This document shows positions 59,961 to 64,000 of a stretch of 64,000 bases of DNA, one piece after another. Within the stretch, counting starts at the first letter, position 1; the number at the start of each line of letters is the position of its first letter. Under the pieces are notes generated by a model. The model saw nothing but the letters and a program-made list of their open reading frames with translations, did not search any database and was not told where the DNA came from. Made by a program: the position numbers and the translations under genes. The stretch spans positions 3,847,556 to 3,911,555 of the forward strand of contig CAJINV010000009.1 in the NCBI GenBank assembly GCA_905178155.1, given 5' to 3'. The DNA is from Amoebophrya sp. A120 (Eukaryota > Protista > Dinoflagellata).

Positions 59961-61504
59961 ATGTCCACCGCCCCTCTCAACCCCTACTCGGGGTCCCTAC
60001 CGGGCGACCGGTATTTTGGCGTCGGCTCCAGTTTTCCCAAACCCTCCAGAAAGCACTGGAACCACAACACCCCCTCTCTCACCCGAACCGCGTCTGTTCC
60101 GGTGTTGGTTAACTCCACCAACGGCGACCTATGCAGTGCAAACGTATCGTACTAGTATAAATAGCGTTACAAATTTCCTCAGCATTACAAATGGAATTTG
60201 AATTTGTAATGCGGACTTGCCTTAACAAAAAGATTTGTAATGCATAACTGCAATTAGTAGTAGCGATACTTTTGCACAGGATACGACCACGTGAGCAACG
60301 AGTTGCATCCCCCGTTTTCCCGGGTGCATTACGACTTGCGGACGAAGTATCCAACGAAAAAAGTGTTTCACTGTAAGTAGGAGTTTGCAAGTTTAGCATC
60401 ACAAGTTTGTTTTGCATGAGAGCGAAAATTTGCCATGCGATATTTCCAAAGGAAAACACCACTAAATAAAATCCATTGTCTTGCATGCGTAGCAAGACAA
60501 ACACTTCTAAGATGCATTTCCTGCATTACAAGTTTACAGTGAAGCAGTTTTTTCTTTGCATACGAAGGCTTTGGAGGACTCGGGGTACCAAGGAAGATGG
60601 AATTTGCTCCGGTACTCCTCAGTCACGCAAAATTCCTTCGACCGAAGTGTTCGCCCGGAAATTATGAGAGTGCATTTCTTCTCCTCCTCGTCCCTCTCAT
60701 TTCTTTGTATTGCATGAAAAGCAATACAAACGCCCCAGCTGTGGAACCTGTGCATGACAAGTTCATGCGCCTATACAGTGTTGTTCTGTTTTGGCCGCTC
60801 CTTCCCGAATCTGTCATGCAAACAGTACCTCCACAGACGCAGAGCGCCAGGTATTTTGCATGACAAATCAGGGGGAGGGGGAGTTGTGCACACCCATAGA
60901 CATCGACGCAACAACAGTCGCGAACTGCGGGAAAGTGAAAATGCCGCTGGGCCAATACGTGACGGATGTGAAGAAGACGAACAACCTATGAAATGCAAAA
61001 GCATCGCACTCGTACTAATTGCAGTTATGCATTACAAATCCAGATGCGAAGGTAAATCCACATTTACAAACTCCATTTATAATGCTGAGGAAATTTGTAT
61101 TGCAATCGCTACTAGTGCGATGCAGACGCTTTTGCAGTTCATACCACCCGGCTTTTAACAACCAGGTGCACGAGTCGTCGTTTGATAGAGTGATCTTCCA
61201 CTCCTCCTGCATGCCTGACGCCTGGCGGTACCGCTATTCAGGAAAAAACACCCATCCCCATACAATTATTTGTCATGCAAAACATGCACCAAAAGCAGTA
61301 TTTGTCATGCAAAAAATGGATGGGGATGACGATGAGTCTTTTTTCCTGGATAACCGCACGGAGTACCCTCGTACCTTCGCGAAGCAGATGCCGACAAGGG
61401 TGTTGGAGAACCCGTTGGTGAAAACGGAAGCCGGGATCGTCGGGCCGGAGCGGCCGGACCATGCGAACACGGACGGGAGCTTCCCGAAGATGTATCATCC
61501 GTAG
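59961..61504 (+). CDS. Hypothetical 212-aa protein with five introners
   Basis: Exons 59961-60129, 60289-60347, 60568-60662, 60904-60986, 61149-61234, 61358-61504 in frame; YRTEY..F and YSSVTQNSF loosely recall microtubule-inner-protein motifs (weak). Confidence 0.78.
60130..60283. mobile_element. Introner family B
   Basis: CGACC/CGACC; join NGDHVS. Confidence 0.93.
60348..60562. mobile_element. Introner family K
   Basis: CGAAG/CGAAG; join RTKALE. Confidence 0.92.
60663..60898. mobile_element. Introner family F
   Basis: GAAAT/GACAT; join PEIDAT. Confidence 0.9.
60987..61143. mobile_element. Introner family B
   Basis: CAACC/CCACC; join NNPAFN. Confidence 0.9.
61235..61352. mobile_element. 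Introner family M (118 bp, in frame, stop-free)
   Basis: TIR TAT.CAGGAAAAAA.AC.CATC; ACCGC/ACCGC; two TTTGTCATGC motifs. Confidence 0.88.
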
Positions 61505-62531
61505 ATGATGTTGTGGTGGTATGATGGTGTTGGTGTATACAAAAACAGGAGGGGTGCTGGGTCATTCCGTGTGAGTCTGTCTCGGGATGAGCTCCTCTAT
61601 CAATGATCTTTTTCGGGCTTGTTGGAAACGTTTTATTGCTCTACAGAGAATTTGATTTGACTTTCAGCCTCAATGCAAACAACTATGACTAAAAAAAGAC
61701 CAATAACTGCAATCTATCAATGAGTACGACTTGTTTCAATGACACAACAAAGCAACGCTTTTCGTCTTCTGTAAGTTTTGACAGCAACAGCAGCAGCTGA
61801 ATTTTCAAGTATCACGCTAATGCACCCAGGAAATGCATCAAATGAGTTGTAGAATCTACCTGTATATAAAACCACATCGCGATGAACGAGCTGTACACCT
61901 CTGGCGCGAAAAAAATCAAAAAAAATATGACGACAAGAATTGTAGGCTCCTTTTGCCCTTGAGCATGAGCTACCGACATGATTGTTCGTAATTTTCCGTG
62001 ACTCCTAGGCGTCGAGAACAAGATACTTGAGCGAAGCACGAGTACGCGCTGAAGAATGATGAAAACTACAATGCAAACACAGATACGTTCGTGCCGTCGT
62101 GCAACGTCGTTCGGTTGATCTTTTTTTCTGGCTCACAGTCACAGCTAGCCTCTAGCAATGAACGATGACAAAATCATTTGAAAAAATAAGACGAGAAACA
62201 TTGCCAGTATAGCCCTTTCGCTTGTTTTACGCATCCGCACCCAGTACAACTTCGTCCTTCGATACAATTACAAAATCAGAACCTCCCGCAGCTCGTTCCT
62301 ACTTGAATTGCTGCAACATCAAATCGTGCAATGTCTTCGAGTAACTTTTCTTCACAGGCCCCTCAACAGGAGGTGACGTTTCCCCCGATGAAAGATGTGA
62401 GTTTACGAGCCACCCGCTCTTTCACAAGAAACAAAGTTGAGAAGCAACTAGAAACAGTACCAGAGTCAGCCTCTCTATGGCAGAAGTTTTTTCTTTGACT
62501 TGAATCAACACAACCAAACCTCCTCCCAAAA

Positions 62532-63889
62532 ATGAAATTCCGTCCCCAGTCCAAGCTGCGGCGGGTCGCCGCGACGAACCAGGAGTCTTCAATCGGGAAT
62601 CTAGACATGGACGACTCCGCCTTTCTCTGCGGCGAAATCACCAGCGGACGGAACGAAGGCAGCAGGATATCAACTTATGGAAGCGGAAAAACAAATCTTG
62701 GGCAAGTTGAAGTTCGTTGCGCTGACGTTTGTCATATACGCACCAGCACCACAGACACGCGGCACTATCCTCGCCGGCACCGCCCGCCGCGCCGCGCCCA
62801 CGTTTCATCCGCGCTTTTGCCTCGCTCGCCACGCCCGCTCGCCCGTAGGAAGGTTATGTAGACTTTAGCTTTACATCGTCTGCCTCTGCCCGCGCACCTA
62901 CGCCCCCGCAATAGCATTGCCGCTGCCACTGATGCTGCGTCTGCGTGTAAGTAGAACGAAACACATCAGAGAGCAGTGTGTTGCAAGAGTAATATCAAGA
63001 AACTGAAACTGCTTAGCTCAGGACGATTTCCCTTCTATACCCTCCTTATGCCGCACGGAAACAAGTGCATCTGCTGCCTCCCGAAGGACATGAGCGGATT
63101 CAAAGTCATGAGCCGGATATCCTGTGCAAAAGTATCGTACTCGTAGTAATTGCGTTTATGCATTACAAATCTCTTTCTCAAAGTAAATCTGCACTACAAA
63201 TTCAATATGCAATCATGCTGGGCTAATTTGTAATGCAATTTACACTAGTACGACTACGATACTTTTGCACAGGATACCGAAAGGACTTCGGCAAAATGAT
63301 GGGAATCAGTGAACCGCCGGGGACGAGGAACAGTAGTTTTGCCGGAGCAGGTGTGGCGGGAAGCAGTACTAGCGGAGGGCCCTCGTCGTCATCGAATGCC
63401 GCAACAGGCAGCACGATAAACGGATCATCTACAGGTAGCGCATCTTCATCTTCTTCTAGCAGCGCCGCTGCAGTACCAGTAGGACAAGCGTCAATGAACG
63501 TGGTCGACAGCACGGGTAGTATTGGCGCCCCCCGACAAGGATCCACAGCTGCTTTGTTCGGCGCGACCACCGAGAATAGTTCATCAGGAAAGCGACCGCC
63601 GCTCGAGGACGAAATAGAGGGCATTGAGATAGACGACATAGAAGCACCGGGAGGAACCGCTGGACTGATGAAAAACGCAGAAGATGAAGAGGACATCATG
63701 ATAGACTCGGACGACTTGGCAGGAGCGGCGATCGCAACCACTACTGCCGACAGCACGAGGAATCCGAGTGGTGGTTCTTTCTCCCGCGGCGTTGGTGCAT
63801 CTGATGGTGCGGAGGCACAGAACCAAGAATGCGCACCAAGGATGGATGCAGTCACACGTCTAGGCTCATCGAGTGGTGACGCGACGTGA
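62532..63889 (+). CDS. Hypothetical protein with S/G/D-rich C-terminus (~358 aa, 5' structure uncertain)
   Basis: Tentative exons 62532-62852, 62970-63117, 63282-63889; the first (GT-AG) intron is a best guess. Confidence 0.55.
63118..63276. mobile_element. Introner family B
   Basis: CCGGA/CCGAA; join MSRKDF. Confidence 0.9.
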
Positions 63890-64000
63890 ACGTGATGAAA
63901 AGATTATGATCCTCAACTACAACTTTACTTACTGCGAAATAATGGCTTTGGTTTCAAATGAACTTTACTCGAATCGTATTGAAACGGAAAATCAAGAAGA

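Noticed and set aside
62121-62138. TTTTTTTCTGGCTCACAG as a second SL relic
   Set aside because: Imperfect match and equally explained as a pyrimidine tract plus AG acceptor.
62676-63000. TATGGAAGCG resembling a family C left end
   Set aside because: No matching right TIR, no CAACT duplication and no internal motifs.
4063-63300. Recurrent peptides such as CKNVWVWK, FQTQTFLHL, YPVQKYRTR as a protein repeat family
   Set aside because: They are translations of introner TIRs.
1-64000. Autonomous transposase or reverse transcriptase
   Set aside because: No DDE, hAT dimerisation, RT or endonuclease motifs recognised in any ORF, including those inside elements I, J and the nested inserts.
1-64000. 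tRNA, rRNA or snRNA genes
   Set aside because: None recognised by eye; a covariance-model scan would be needed to exclude divergent ones.

Overview
Eukaryotic, gene-dense window, most likely from a syndinian dinoflagellate such as Amoebophrya (inferred from a dinoflagellate spliced-leader fragment, uniformly co-oriented genes and TIR-bounded non-canonical introns). I reconstruct 10 protein genes, all on the + strand. The dominant signal is 52 complete (plus 1 truncated) non-autonomous TIR elements in about 12 families. They have TAT...ATA termini (a few with one terminal substitution) and a 5-bp direct repeat (39 perfect, 13 with one mismatch), occur in either orientation, and lie only inside coding sequence. 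Removing each element plus one repeat copy restores the reading frame at every site, so they behave as introner-type introns, mostly without GT-AG. On top of this is a second layer: ~1-kb insertions with 17-20 bp duplications that start at the introners' shared (G)CATGACAA motif, one beginning with a spliced-leader fragment, 48 nt and a poly(A). GTATA...TATCAG introns look like aged introners. Genes include a ~3100-aa discoidin-like-repeat multipass membrane protein with a C-terminal OCRE-like motif (30 introns), an ADAT1/Tad1-like deaminase, a TPR plus Aha1-N-like co-chaperone and a Btz-like SR protein. Bases 1-4243 are satellite and foldback DNA. All coordinates and counts were read by eye; family letters are my own labels; splicing is inferred, not observed.
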